A stretch of 64,000 bases of DNA from Camelus ferus (taxonomy: Eukaryota): the NCBI RefSeq assembly GCF_009834535.1, contig NC_045696.1:40984001-41048000 (forward strand), written 5' to 3'. Shown here piece by piece: positions 36,745 through 49,077 of this stretch; the stretch's first letter is position 1, and the number at the start of each line of letters is the position of its first letter. The notes beneath the pieces are model-generated. The model saw only the letters and a program-made list of their open reading frames with translations, did not search any database and was not told the DNA's origin. Position numbers and translations under genes: made by a program.

Positions 36745-36962
36745 TGACTGTTTATTAGGTTTCAGCTTCTTCTCAGGGTTCTTCTCATTTTATCTTCATG
36801 GACACTTTATTGGGTAGAGGCTATTATTATTCTCATTTTGTAGATGAGGTAACTGAGGCCCAGAGAGGTTAAGTCACTCTTCCAAGGTCACACAGTGGTG
36901 AAATCAGGATTTAAGCCCAGGATAACCTCATTCCACATTTATACCACGTGTAATACTGCCCT
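36745..36962 (-). mobile_element. MIR SINE
   Basis: Core 'ctcattttgtagatgaggtaactgaggcccagagaggttaagtcactcttccaaggtcacacag'. Confidence 0.85.
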
Positions 36963-38445
36963 CAGGAGTGAAGCAACTGTTAGTTGCCACTTTTCAGAGG
37001 GTTGGCAAGTAGTCGAGTCTAGTGCAGGTCAGCAGAGGCAGAGGTCTTGCTGTGTGTACCATACTCCTTATCCTGACCTGCCAGATTCCTCTTATTATCC
37101 TTTAATCCCAGGAGGGTGAAACACTTTGTGTCCTCTGTGCCTGATCTGCCCTCGTTCCAGCATTTCTCACCACTGACCTGAATCCCTGCCACGGTGTGTC
37201 AGACTGTCTGTGATAAAGAACCAGTTTGCTTTTGGTTTTACTTTTCCCCTTCAGTCCAACGCAGCCTGATAAGTTTTGTAAAAGTGTAAAAACTCCTGCT
37301 TGGATGTTACTGCAATGTCAAATTACTTTAAAATGTTTTCAAGTTTCTAAACATTTACTGTCAATTTCTATGCTAACTTGTTGCAGATGGTGAACAGTTC
37401 TCTGACTAGCACTGGTCCCCACACCGTGGCTTCATAGCATTGTCCTAGGTTTCTCTTTGCTTTCACTGTTGCCTCCTGTAAGCCATGTACCACAAAGCAA
37501 CTAGGGTGATTCTTTAAAATACACATAAAGTCCCATCATTCCCCTGCTCAAACCCTCCAGTGGCTTCCCATTGCATTTAAAATAAGGCCCATATTCACCA
37601 TGGCCTAAGGGTAGGCTGGTTCTGCCTACATCCATCGCCTCCATCTCCACCTTGCCCACTCTTTCTCTTGCTTGTGAAATGTAGTCAGACTTTGGATAAT
37701 AAAGTAGGTTCAGGTAGAGGACACGTAATGATTGGGAATGGGGAATACACTTTGTTTTATTCTTTCATCTACAAGCTCAGACATGGACTAGTGCTTCCAT
37801 CACTTTTCTTCAGGAGCAAGGACTTTGCCCCTAGTTTCAAAATGAGTAAGGTGGCCAAGTCCCAGAGAAGGCTTGTGAGCATCTCTGCTTGTATAGTGTA
37901 ACCTACTGTTCCTCTGATAGACTCAGCCTCAAAATGTCCAAATTCTGTTCACACCTGATACCTGCTTTTTAGGCTGTTTGTTTCCTTCCCCAGAAAATAG
38001 TATGGTTGTGAGTCAAGATGGTACAGGGGTCATTCCAATTTCTCTTGAAATTGGAGAATGGAAGACTGATCATGTGATTGTTATTACTGTTGGTGAAAAT
38101 TCATTGGTGGGGAGCATGACTTAATTATTTAATGAGCTGAGGAAAACCAAACATCCTGGCAAAACAGTTTCCAGGCTGAATTGGCTTTGGCCTTGGGCAC
38201 ATGCCATCCAAAAGGCCTCTGTTGGGAGGCAGCCAAGATTCTCTCCCCATCTCGCCATTGCTTTCCAGCCTTTGAATGGAGCACTTCCGTTGCAATGAAT
38301 GAGAAGGAAGCAGCTCCAAAATTGTTCATGTAGCCATAGAGAGTCATGGTTTATAAAAAGCATGCTTGTACAGCTGGAAGATGTGTTGGAGGGTGATATC
38401 TGATGTCAACATCATTTCAGGCTGAACTTTCAATATTCTCCTTGA

Positions 38446-38540
38446 CTTTTTTTTTTTTTTTTAAATGGCAGTACTGGGGATTGAACCCAGGCCCTCATGC
38501 ATGCTAAGCATGCACTCTATCATTGAGCTATACCCTCCCC
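38446..38540 (-). mobile_element. tRNA-derived SINE (Vic-1-like, short form)
   Basis: 'gtactggggattgaacccaggccctcatgcatgctaagcatgcactctatcattgagctataccctcccc' plus a T run. Flanking tctcctt(g/a)acttt is repeated. Confidence 0.88.
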
Positions 38541-38873
38541 ACTAACAGTCTCCTTAACTTTGTAACCCACTGCCTAATCTAGTGATTTCCCAACTTTCAG
38601 AAGAGGATTTTATGGTCTTTTGTTAATGAATTGTCCTGGTAATGAAAACAATTCTCAAATTTTAGTGGCAAGCAATTTATATTCAGTAGATTTGGGGATG
38701 TGATGTAGGAATGGGCTTTTTATCAAGCATCCTGGGAGACTCTGAGGTACATGGTTCAAGAACCTTATTTTGAAAAACACTGGTTAAAGTAGTATCTTTT
38801 CTGTGTAATAATATTGGTACTGAGTGCTAAGTTTACTGAATTTTAAAGATGTTCTGTTTTTGCCCAAGATAAA

Positions 38874-39469
38874 TGTTGTGGGAAAATAGGTTCTTGGCTA
38901 GTGCAGGAAAGAATTCAAGAGCAAGGCATAGTGAAGTGAAAGTAAGTTTACTTAGAGAGATATACACTCCATAGACAGAGGCAGTCTGTCTCACTCCAAA
39001 GGGAAAGCGGCTTAGGAGACACATACTCCATAGGCAGAATGTGGGCCATCTCAGAAAGGTGAGAGGGAGAGAAGCCAAGAGGTGTGGGGTGTTTAGTTTA
39101 AAGTAAAAATAGATACACACTCCGTAGACAGAGTGCGGGCTCTCTCAGAAGGCAAGAGAGAGAGCCACCACGAGGTGTGGAGTTGTTAGGTTTTCTGGGC
39201 TTGGTGATTTCTTATACTAATGAGTAGGAGGATTATTCCAACTACTTTGGGGAAGGGGCAGGGATTTCCAGGAAATGCCTTCCTCGCCCACTTTCTGGCC
39301 TTTTAGGGTCAGCCTAGGAACTGTCATGGTGCCTGTGAATGTGCCATGAGGCTCAAGGTCTACTGGGAGTCATGTCTTCTGCCACCTTGGTTCTAACCAG
39401 TTTGTCCTGTTCTCAATGTCTGTGTCATTCCTTCAATGGTTTTGCCCTGCCCCTTTCCCTCCTATTTCA
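38874..39469 (-). mobile_element. ERV1-type solo LTR with internal tandem repeats
   Basis: TG...CA termini. 'ggattattccaactactttggggaaggggcagggatttccagg' and three copies of an 'acactccatagacagag..tctcag' unit. Confidence 0.65.
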
Positions 39470-39775
39470 GAGTAACAGGGCCAGATTTATTCTTTTGCCT
39501 GAAATAACCAAAAATATATGAAACAATATATGGTTTTTGAAACACTGGCCATCGGAAAATGGAGGGCCATGATCTGTAGGAGACAAAAGAGGTGAGCACT
39601 AGGCGCGCTCCAGCTGGCTGCCTAAGAGAATTTCCAGGCTGATGCAGGGAGTGACCCAGGTGTAACTCGCACTCCCTGAGTTAAAGAGGTGGTGCTACAG
39701 AGCCCCGGGAAACCAAGGTAACTAGAGTTCATAGGACAGAGCTCCAGAAATAGAGGTGGGGGGCAGGGAGGGAGA

Positions 39776-39812
<37 letters not shown>

Positions 39813-40185
39813 TGAGGAACTGTAGGAGTCTGCAGGGAGGGGGCAGGGATGGCGGAGTGGAACAGGAAGTGGTGGAGAACAGTCTCTGCACCCACAGAGG
39901 TCAGGGGATATTGCCTGTTTCTGCCAGCCAGTCTGGAAAACTCATAATTCACGGAATATTGGGTAGCACAGTTGGGAAGGTCTTGCCTCAGTAGTGGGGA
40001 ATAATTAGCCCTGCACTGAGTGTGACTCCAGACGTACCTACAAATCATAAAAAAGCAGCACCTGAAAGGATCAAGCTGCTTCCAAGTCACTTACTCATCC
40101 TGCAAGAGAGAGCAAGAATATTTATAGATATAAAAAATATCCAACACCCAACAAGGTAAAATTCTCAATGTCTAGCATCCCAAAA
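39470..40185 (+). mobile_element. Old L1M 5'-region fragment with (GA)n tract
   Basis: 'gagtaacagggccagattt', 'cacccaacaaggtaaaattctcaatgtctagcatcc'. GA repeat at 39770-39812. Confidence 0.55.
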
Positions 40186-41490
40186 TTGTAACATAGTTGT
40201 ATTTAAAGTGGAAATAAATCCCTGACTGTCCTGGCGGGGGACTTCCATACACATTTTTGTACCATTAAAAAGTCAAACAGTCAAGGCTTTCAGTGTAACA
40301 TTTTGTACATAACAAGCCAGAGTCTGCCAGACCATGGTCTGTGTTGGTATTTACCTTGGCTTCTAAGCTAGCAGCTCCTTTTTGATGTCTGTTATTGTTT
40401 TTTTGAACACTTTTCCTGTGTTTGATAATGCCAGCCTGCCCTTTGAATTACGGAAAGGCAAACTCAGCTGAGAGTAGTATTTCAAGTGCATCATGCATCC
40501 TAAGAGTTGGAGCTGGGAGTAGGAGTAATAGGTGGGGGGTGAGTTGAGGCTGATTTTCTGAGGCTGATGGATGACTCAAAATCAAATCCCTTAGAAAGAG
40601 TAAGGGCCAGTCTTAGTAATTAAGATCTGCTGACAGGTCTAAGGGGTGGGCTAGGCCAGGGTCTAGAACCAGAAGCCTTTAAAACTCAACAGGATTGTAC
40701 AGGAAGTGAAGTCACCAAGGTCGTGCTGGTTCCAGCCAAGGCTGAAGAGTTGGAGTTGACTTCACTGCTCCAGGTTTGAGGTTGGGTCAGAGAGGTTGCT
40801 CTAGGGTCCTGCATGAGCTTAATGCTCTGGAGGTCTATAACTGAGCTCCAGGCTTTAAGCCTGGGCTATCTATTCTCCTCTGAGCGTTAGGCAGTTTTCA
40901 CTTTGATCACCGGGTGTGTTTCTCTGATTCACTACTGACCTGAAGTTCAGTCCAACACCCTGTCTTCTGGCTTTCTCTGCTTAGATACTTTACTGCTTGT
41001 ACAAACCTGTTTTCTTCAGTTTGACTGATGCTAAGCATCTTGACCTCCTTTCCCATTCTGCCTGTGGCAGATATGTGGCTTTTCTTCAGACAGCTTACAA
41101 ATCTCTTGGATGCTAGAAAACTATATGTTTCTTAAAACGTATCCTAGATCATGTCTTAGAAAAGCTTGTACGTGAAGATGATGGTAAGATATCACTAATA
41201 TCATTTGACAGAAATTTTACTTTCTTTGAAGGATTGGGACTAAAGGATCAGTCTTTGAAAAAATTGGAAGTCAGTTTGTCTTTTAAAGGAGGGGTCTGAG
41301 AGTCACTTTTTCACCTAGAAAGGAGCCTTTTGATCAGAGGTCTTCAAAAACTTTACTTTTATTCCCAATGTTGACTGTACTATGGATTCGGTAACTACAG
41401 GTGGGACGCAGGGATGCATACTGGTCAGTATTCTCATGGATAACATGATGGTTCTCATGGCAAAAGCAATTCTCTTGCAGTATATAATAA

Positions 41491-41535
41491 CAAAACAACA
41501 ACAACAACAACAACAACAATAACAGCAGCAGCAGC
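41491..41535. repeat. Compound (CAA)n/(CAG)n microsatellite
   Basis: caaaacaacaacaacaacaacaacaacaataacagcagcagcagc. Confidence 0.9.
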
Positions 41536-42384
41536 TCTAGATGGTAGATGGAATAAGTTTATCACTTTAATTTCCTTCAAATCAGTATTGATTGGAGGAG
41601 ATTCTGTTCCTCTCTGGTGTTTTCCAATGAGAGAGATACATATGGACGAAATTAAGAAAGCATGCGTGAGGCTTTCTGCCTGTATCTGATGGACTCAGGA
41701 CCACATTTTGTACTCCCGCATGTGTCTGGGGTCGTCACACTACTAGGAAGATGCAATGAAAGACAAAGATTATGATTTCTGGAGAGAAATGCACAGAAAA
41801 ACTTGATAGAATTGAACTGTTGTTAATTGTGGTAAGCAAGGTTGGTTTTGCTTTTGGCATAATTTTAAATTATTTATTGTTGACGATAGTAATTAGTAAA
41901 AGAGGATAGGGTGAGTGGATGAAAGACTTCTCAGCCCTGAAGAGCAAGCAGTTACATTCTGATGGGCTTTCAGATGGGAGTTGATTTTTCCATAAGAGGA
42001 GCATCAGCTTGACAGCGTGAAACCCTTGAACGGGGCAGGAACCTTCTACTTTGCCTCAGTATCAGTCTCAGTCTCGCTTTCATCTCCCTGCTTTTGCCTC
42101 TGTCCTTGGCTCTCATTCCACTTTTCAAACCCATGATTGCTGTTCTGTCAGCAGTTTTCTCCAGATTTCACAGAGTTCAGAAGACATTGCACAGGATTCA
42201 GAAGAGGCTATGGTGAGATATTTTCTCTTCTCTTTTCTGTGGATCTTATTTTTTGGATTGGGAATAGAATTTATATGCCACTCTTGAGGTCCTTCTTCAA
42301 GATTTTCCTGAAATGAAGAGAACCCAATTTTTTCCCCTATTTCTCTCTCTCTATATATATATGTATACACACACATATATATAT

Positions 42385-42735
42385 ATTTTAAATTGACGTA
42401 TAGTCGATTTACAGTGTTGTGTTAGTTTCAGGTATATAGCAAAGGGATTCAGTTATACAGATACATATATATATATATATATATATTCCTTTTCAGATTA
42501 TTTTCCATTATAGGCTATTACAAGATACTGAATATAGTTCCCTATGCTATACAGTAGGTCCTTGTTGTTTATCTATTTTATATATAGTAGTTCAAATCTG
42601 CAAATCCCAAACTCCCAATTTATCCCCTCTCCTCCTCCCCACTTTGGTAGCCATAGTTTTATTTTCTATCTCTGTGAGTCTGTTTCTGTTTTGTAAATAC
42701 ATTCATTTGTGTCGTTTTTAAGATTCCACCTATAT
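42385..42735 (-). mobile_element. L1 3'UTR fragment with (TA)n
   Basis: 'gatactgaatatagttccctatgctatacagtaggtccttgttg...ttaagattccac'. Confidence 0.8.
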
Positions 42736-44271
42736 AAAAGGCATGGGAGTGACCTAAATTTCCTGTCTTGAAAGGAGTTTATAAAAGTTAGGAAGGGAAA
42801 GAGGTCCACTGAGGGGAGGTTTAGATTTTGAGGTATCTTGACACTGGCATGAAATTAGTTTTTGTGAAAACGAAAGATTGGGGCTCTCATCGAAAAGCAC
42901 CCACTCCTACCCTCAGACAGCATGGTCCCATGTTTTGTAGAAAACAGTGTTGTCACTCACACTGAGCATAGTGAAGGCTTTGAATTTTCCTTTTGGTGCA
43001 TTATCAGTCACTGATGGTGCTGAGTCATGAAGCACGTGGCCAGATTTGGGGATGGAGTCTTGTGCATGAGGGACTTCATAAGGCCTGAAAAGTGAATTTT
43101 CAGGAGCAGCTGCAGGCTCAAAGGGTTATCACCTCTCTTTCATTGTTTGGCACATCACCACTTTACTTCTCCAAATGGTATTTAGAAATAGCTTCTCCTT
43201 TACCATCCCCAAACCAGAATTCATCCTTTTGTCTTTTTCTTATCGGTGCAATTTGAGAAGCAATTCATTCAGGGCATTTCTGAACCCATGTTGAATAAAA
43301 GAGCAAGAATAAAGATGAATGAAATTTTTTTCTTGTGTTTTAAGTCCATTGGAGAAATGATGAGCAAGTTAGCTTCCATCAGCTGAGCATCTTCCTCTTA
43401 CAGAAAGGGCCATGAGACTAGTGATTGGAGAAAGGAGTGGCTTACACGGCATCTTCTGCAGAAAGACTCTGGTTTAAATGAACTTCTCCCCGGCCTTCCT
43501 TTGGGCTCACCTCCACCTCTAGTCCACCTCATAATTAACTATGTTTCTAAAATTAATTTATTAGAGGGACAGTTTGATTCACAGGATGAGTGGATTTTGA
43601 TTGGGGGTGGTGGAGGATGGAATGGGAAGGGCCTGCTGATTATTCCACTGCGGGCCTGAGCGACATGAAAAGGAAGGCCAGTTAAAAAGCAGAAAGAGAA
43701 AAAAGAAGGAACTGAGCCAGTCTTCTCAAAACTTTTGTTGGAAATCTGCTTGAAGACTAACTTACTCCCCTTAGCCATGGGATTGGGTCCTATTTTTTTG
43801 TAACTAGTTCTTCTAACATCCAACCATTTCCAAGTTGGTGACCCAAGAAGTCTCTTCCATCTTGATAGGGCAGAGAGATCTCTTCTCTAACCAACACTAT
43901 AGAAAATCTTCTGCCACCAAGTACTCAGATTTCCTCCTGGGACCACCCCTGTAAGTTTGATCTTTCCAGATCAATCCTGTTGGTTAGGTGAATTGGGGCC
44001 AAGTCAATCCTAAATAAGTAAATACCAATTACAGGGGCAGAAAGCTTTTGAATCTCCCAGGGGAACAGACATGCTTGTGGAAATCCAGGTCAGGATGATA
44101 TCAGATGGCGAAGATTACTCTTCTCCTCTCCAAGTTATACCAGCATGGAGTGACCCTTTATAGTCTCACTGAGCTTTCCAAGGGCCCAGGATGAACGATG
44201 CCAAAGAGCATCTAATTCCAGCATGGTTTCCCTCCAGGTCTCTCAACCACCAGAAGACAAATGCTTTATCT

Positions 44272-44453
44272 GCAGGGTCAGCTTCATGGTTGTGCAACCT
44301 CTGTGGTTACACAAGGCCCAGTTTTAGAAGGGAAGGCCCCCCCTTGGTTTAACATTCTACTGTCGCTGTTGTGAACTTCCCAACAACTTACAAACAAGGA
44401 ACCCCACACTTTCATTTTGCCCTGAGCAATATGAATCATGTAGCTGGTCCTGC
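44272..44453. mobile_element. MER91-like hAT DNA transposon
   Basis: Imperfect TIRs GCAGGGTCAGCT...AGCTGGTCCTGC. Confidence 0.6.
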
Positions 44454-44944
44454 CTCTGTGCTGTCAGGGCCACTCAGGTGTAACAAGAGCGAGGAAATAA
44501 AATCAAGGGCCTGTTTTATCACCTTCCTCTGAGTTTATGTCTCCAGATGAGCACCTCATGAAACTGCCGCCCATGCTTTGATTTTAATTGATTTAGTGTT
44601 TAACCTCCTTTAATAGGAGGTTCTCAGAGGCCTCTTTCCCCCTTTTAGAACAATTTCCATACTGATTTAGAACCCTGAGTTAAAAGAGTGGTTCAGGTCT
44701 TGGCAAATGTGGTACTTCTGTCCTTTGAAAAGAAGCATTTTCTAAATCTCCTTGGCTGCTATTGTTTTATGGTACCCAGATAGCACCACCTCAATTTCAT
44801 GGGTGCTTTTTATGCACTGTCCAGTATGCCTTATTTTTTAAGCAAGAACTAAGAGATATTCCTATAGGTGGTGGGTCCAAATTCTGAAACCAGCAGCAAG
44901 GATTGTGATTATTCATTCCTGAGTTTCCTTTTTTAAAAATAATT

Positions 44945-45017
44945 CTTATTTATTGATGTGTAGTTGATTTACAATGTTAGTTTCATGTGCACAGCAAAGT
45001 GATTCAGTCATACCTAT

Positions 45018-45069
<52 letters not shown>

Positions 45070-45145
45070 TTCAGATTCCTTTCCATTACAGCTCATTACA
45101 AGAAACTGAATATAGTTCTCTGTGCTATACAGTAGGTCCTTGGGT
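44945..45145 (-). mobile_element. Short L1 3' end containing a long (TA)n tract (45020-45068)
   Basis: 'gttgatttacaatgttagtttc...gaatatagttctctgtgctatacagtaggtcc'. Confidence 0.8.
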
Positions 45146-46609
45146 TTTCTTAATCTTCATAAGCACAGCTGTGCACAGGTGAGGGGTGCACACAGTAGCG
45201 TTTACCTACTCCAGTTGGGTGGCACTGGGCGTCTGAGTTGGTTGGCTGGGGAGAAGCAGGTGAGCCTCTTCTCTGTGGGAGCCTCCTGCTTTCACTTACA
45301 CACTGGACCTCGAAGCCATCTGGTTGAACAATTTCATAGAAATGATTAATTAGGAGACAGACTCTGTGAAAGTGGGAATAAAAGAATGTTAAGTCCTCCT
45401 TGGAGACACACCTGCTGACAGTGGCTCTATAGTGCATCTTTGATTGCAAAAGACAGTGTCCTCTGGTAAGCTGCAATCATGCCCCGCAGGTTGACACTTA
45501 GGCTTGTATGTCTGATGACATTAATTGCACAGTGGTTCTGCAAGTTGTGTGGAAATGGAGGTGACTGGTCTCAACCAGGGAGAGACGTGAGTGGGAGGGA
45601 GGAAAGAGATTTCTCTGAGGTTGTTGCAATGCTGCTGGTGGTTAAATATGCTTCTTTCTTGAGTGCTAAGCAGCATCTGCCAGGACTGTCAGATGCTGAG
45701 CAGCATATCTTTGATACTCACGAACCCTGATGGAGTAGGTAAAGGTAAAATTGTGTTAAATTTTAAGATTGTGTTTTCCTACTAGTTGCTTTCTGTGTGC
45801 ATGTGGGTGTGGGTATGTGTGTAAATGGATGGAAAGGTGTTAGGTTGCAGCCTATTGATTTTTTTTTTATTCTGTTGGCAAATTTTCAACATTAACTAAG
45901 GAATGAAAGCTTCGTTTAACCTTCTTATTTCTTAACACTCTTGCTTCAATTTTAAGGTGCTTGATCTACTGAGACCAAGAATGATGAATGACTAGAGAGG
46001 GAGAATTGGTTTGAAGTAGGAGAGAGGTTACTTCACCATTTCTAGAGTAACTTTTGGCATAGAAAGTGCAAGAAGTTTTCATTCGCATAGACCTAGTCTG
46101 ACTCTACTGTGTAATTGTGACATTGTGCAAATCTTAATCTTTCTGAACTTCAGTTTCCTTGTTTATAAAATTGGGATAATAACACCTGCTTCCCAGGGTG
46201 GTAAAGGATTTAATGAAATAATGTTAACAAAGAGTTTAGTGCAGTATCTGCCTCCCGGTAGAAGCTCAGTAGAAGCTGGTTACATTTAGTTTATCAACTC
46301 TCTCTCTAGAACCCTCTCCTAGCATTGGAGTCATGGCCTGCCATTCTCGACTCCCCTAATCATGAGTGTTTCCCCAGCCTGCTTATTGTAGGTTGTGGTT
46401 AATTGAGACAAAGCTAAGGCTAGCCTAGTTCTAATGATTCTGTGGACATTTCATTTCATTTCATTTTATGCAGTTAGATAGGCAGAATAGATGTGGGTAA
46501 GATATATGTCGTAAATGCTGAATTCTACTTCACTTGATTTGTAACATTTCCCCGCTCTGGGATCTTTTAAGAATTTGGCAGCTAAAGCATAAGTCCCGCC
46601 ATCCACTCT

Positions 46610-47950
46610 TTCCATCCAGCCATCCATCCATTTATGCATCCAGCCATCCAACCAATGCTTATGTACTGAATCACTCACTATATGCCAAGCACAGTTCTTA
46701 GAGCCAGAGATAAAGCAGTAAAGAAAAATAGAAAAAGAAATCCACATTCATGGATCTTTTATGCTAGTGAGGGGAGATGCAATAAACAAAGTAAGTTGGT
46801 GAAGTTTGCAGTATATTAGAAAGGGATTTATTCTGGGGAAAGTAAAGCAAGAAAAGGGGATGGGGTGTTGAGACAGCTTGCAGTTTTCAATAGGTTGATC
46901 AGGGAGGGCCTCACTGAGAAAGTTTTGGAGCAAAGGCTTAGAGGAGATAAGAGGGAAGAGCATTTCAAGCAGGAGGAGCAGCAAGTGCCAAGGTTGGAAG
47001 GCAGAGGCAGGCCTGGTGTGCGAAGAGAAGGGAGGCCAGTGTGGCTGGTGGAGAGGATGTGGAGAGGGGGCTGGAGAAGTGACAGGGGCTAAATCACACA
47101 GGCTCTGAGTCTCTTGTGAAGACTTGGACCCAACCTACATTTCAGCAGGATAACACTGGCTCCTGTGTTGAGAATAATCCAAAAGGGTAAAAGTGGAAGC
47201 AGAGAGTCCAGTGAGACCATTGTAATAACCCAGGCCTGGACCAGAGTGGTCACAGGGGAGGTGGTGAGAAGTGGACAGGTCCTGAGCACATTTTGGAGGC
47301 AGAGCCAATAGGATTTTTCTAATGGATAGGCTGTGGGAAGTGAGAAAAAGGAAAGAGCCAAGGATGACTTTGAATCTTTTGGTGTGAGTGAAGATGAAGT
47401 TGTCACTGAGCAGGGAAAACCAGAACAGATCTGGCTGGGAATGTTGGCAGTTCTGTTTTGGACAACTTTGAATTTGGGATGTGTGTTAGACATCTGAGTG
47501 GAGATGCTGAGTGGGAAGTTGGATAAAGGAGCCTAGAGTTCAAGGGGGAAGTTTAGCCTAAGATGAAAATCTGGGAGGAGTGGACATGTGGTATACTATT
47601 TACTGCTGTGAAACAGGATGGGACCTCCCCATACTGAAGGTAGAGCAAAAAGAAAAGAGTTCTAAAAACTGAGCCGTTGGACATTCTAATTTTAAGAATC
47701 TGCAAGATTAGGAGAAAGCAGAAAAGAAGGAAGGACCAATGAAGAGGAAGAATAAGGGAAGAATATTTTCCAGGGAGGTGGCAGTGATCATCTCTGTGAA
47801 ATTCTGCTAGTGGCTCAAGGAAGATGAGGACAAAATTGGCTACTGAATTTAGCAACATGAGGATCTTTGGTGACCTTGACAAGAGAACTAGAATCAAGTA
47901 GGACTGGTAAAGAAGGGACAGATTGAGGCGGACAACGGTGAAGTTAGAGA
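46610..47950 (-). mobile_element. LINE-2 3' fragment with (TCCA)n tail
   Basis: 'atccatccatttatgcatcc...ctatatgccaagcacagttctta', 'gatcagggagggcctcactgagaa' and 'ggtgaccttgacaagag'. Confidence 0.8.
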
Positions 47951-49077
47951 CCATCAAATTGCTGCCAATCTTTCCCCACTCTGTATCCAGAAGAACCAAG
48001 CCCCTCAACTTCCCAATTTGCTTATTCGTCTTTATTTTATGTTGCCAACTCTATTAATTTTTGTAGACAATCTGAAATTCTCTTGGAATGGGCTGGCAAG
48101 CAGGCGAGGTGGGGTGCTCTCCCGGATAGGTTTGTCTCCAGCCTCTTTTGGGGTACAGGGCTTGTTATTACTTCCCCTCATGTCTGGTGGTAGAAATGTG
48201 GCTGCATGCCTGGTCCTGAGTCGGGGTGCGTCCAGGCTAAGCTGTGCACACTGCCTTACACGGGAGGCACAGGGCCTTCCAGGAGGATGCATCTAGATCA
48301 CTCGGGGCTTGATCGTCGCGGCAGGTTGGAGCTTGTTCTCATTGCCTCTTGGTGAGGCCCTGGGAGAAACCTGTTTTCATACATGTCTTGTTAAAGGTGC
48401 TGAGAAGAGCAAATAGAACTCTTAATTTGGGATAAACTAGAGGGATTTCAGAGGAGAGCTACAAAGTGAGCAACATGATTGGGGAAAGGACAAAAAAAAA
48501 TCAAGTGGCGTGAGAACGCCTCTCAGCTGAGGCAGTTGTCCTTCAGGGCTATGAAGATTCCTGTAGGCCCGCAAAGGCTGACCTGCATTTTACAAGTAAC
48601 TGTGGAATTTAGCAGGTGTTTCAAGGAGGCTCTTTCCTGGGCCAGGGCCAGAAAATGACTCAGCTGCTTTGGAAATAGTTGGCTTTTGTTGAGGCACCAA
48701 GGGAGCTCCCCTTCAGGGTGCTGGACACAATTCCCAGTAAGCAGGAATATCTGCTAACTCCTCCACCTCCCTCCTGTTGATTCACTGAGGCCACACCATT
48801 TCTGGCTCATGAAAACAGGAACGAATCATTTGGGAACATGATTTTGGAGTTTTCCTTTAGGGCTGTGTTAAGATGCTAGCAGATGCCAGATACAGGATTA
48901 ACTAGTGGTGCCCCTTTTTGCTGTCCCTGCTGGGTTCTGGAGAGTGATTCTTCCTGCTCTGCTGTTCTGTCTTGGAATGGGTTGACAAGCAGGCCAGGTG
49001 GGGTGCTCTCCCAGGTAGGTTCTGTCCTGCTCTGTCGTTTGGTCTTATCCATTGAGCATCTCCCTGCAATGCCTCTT

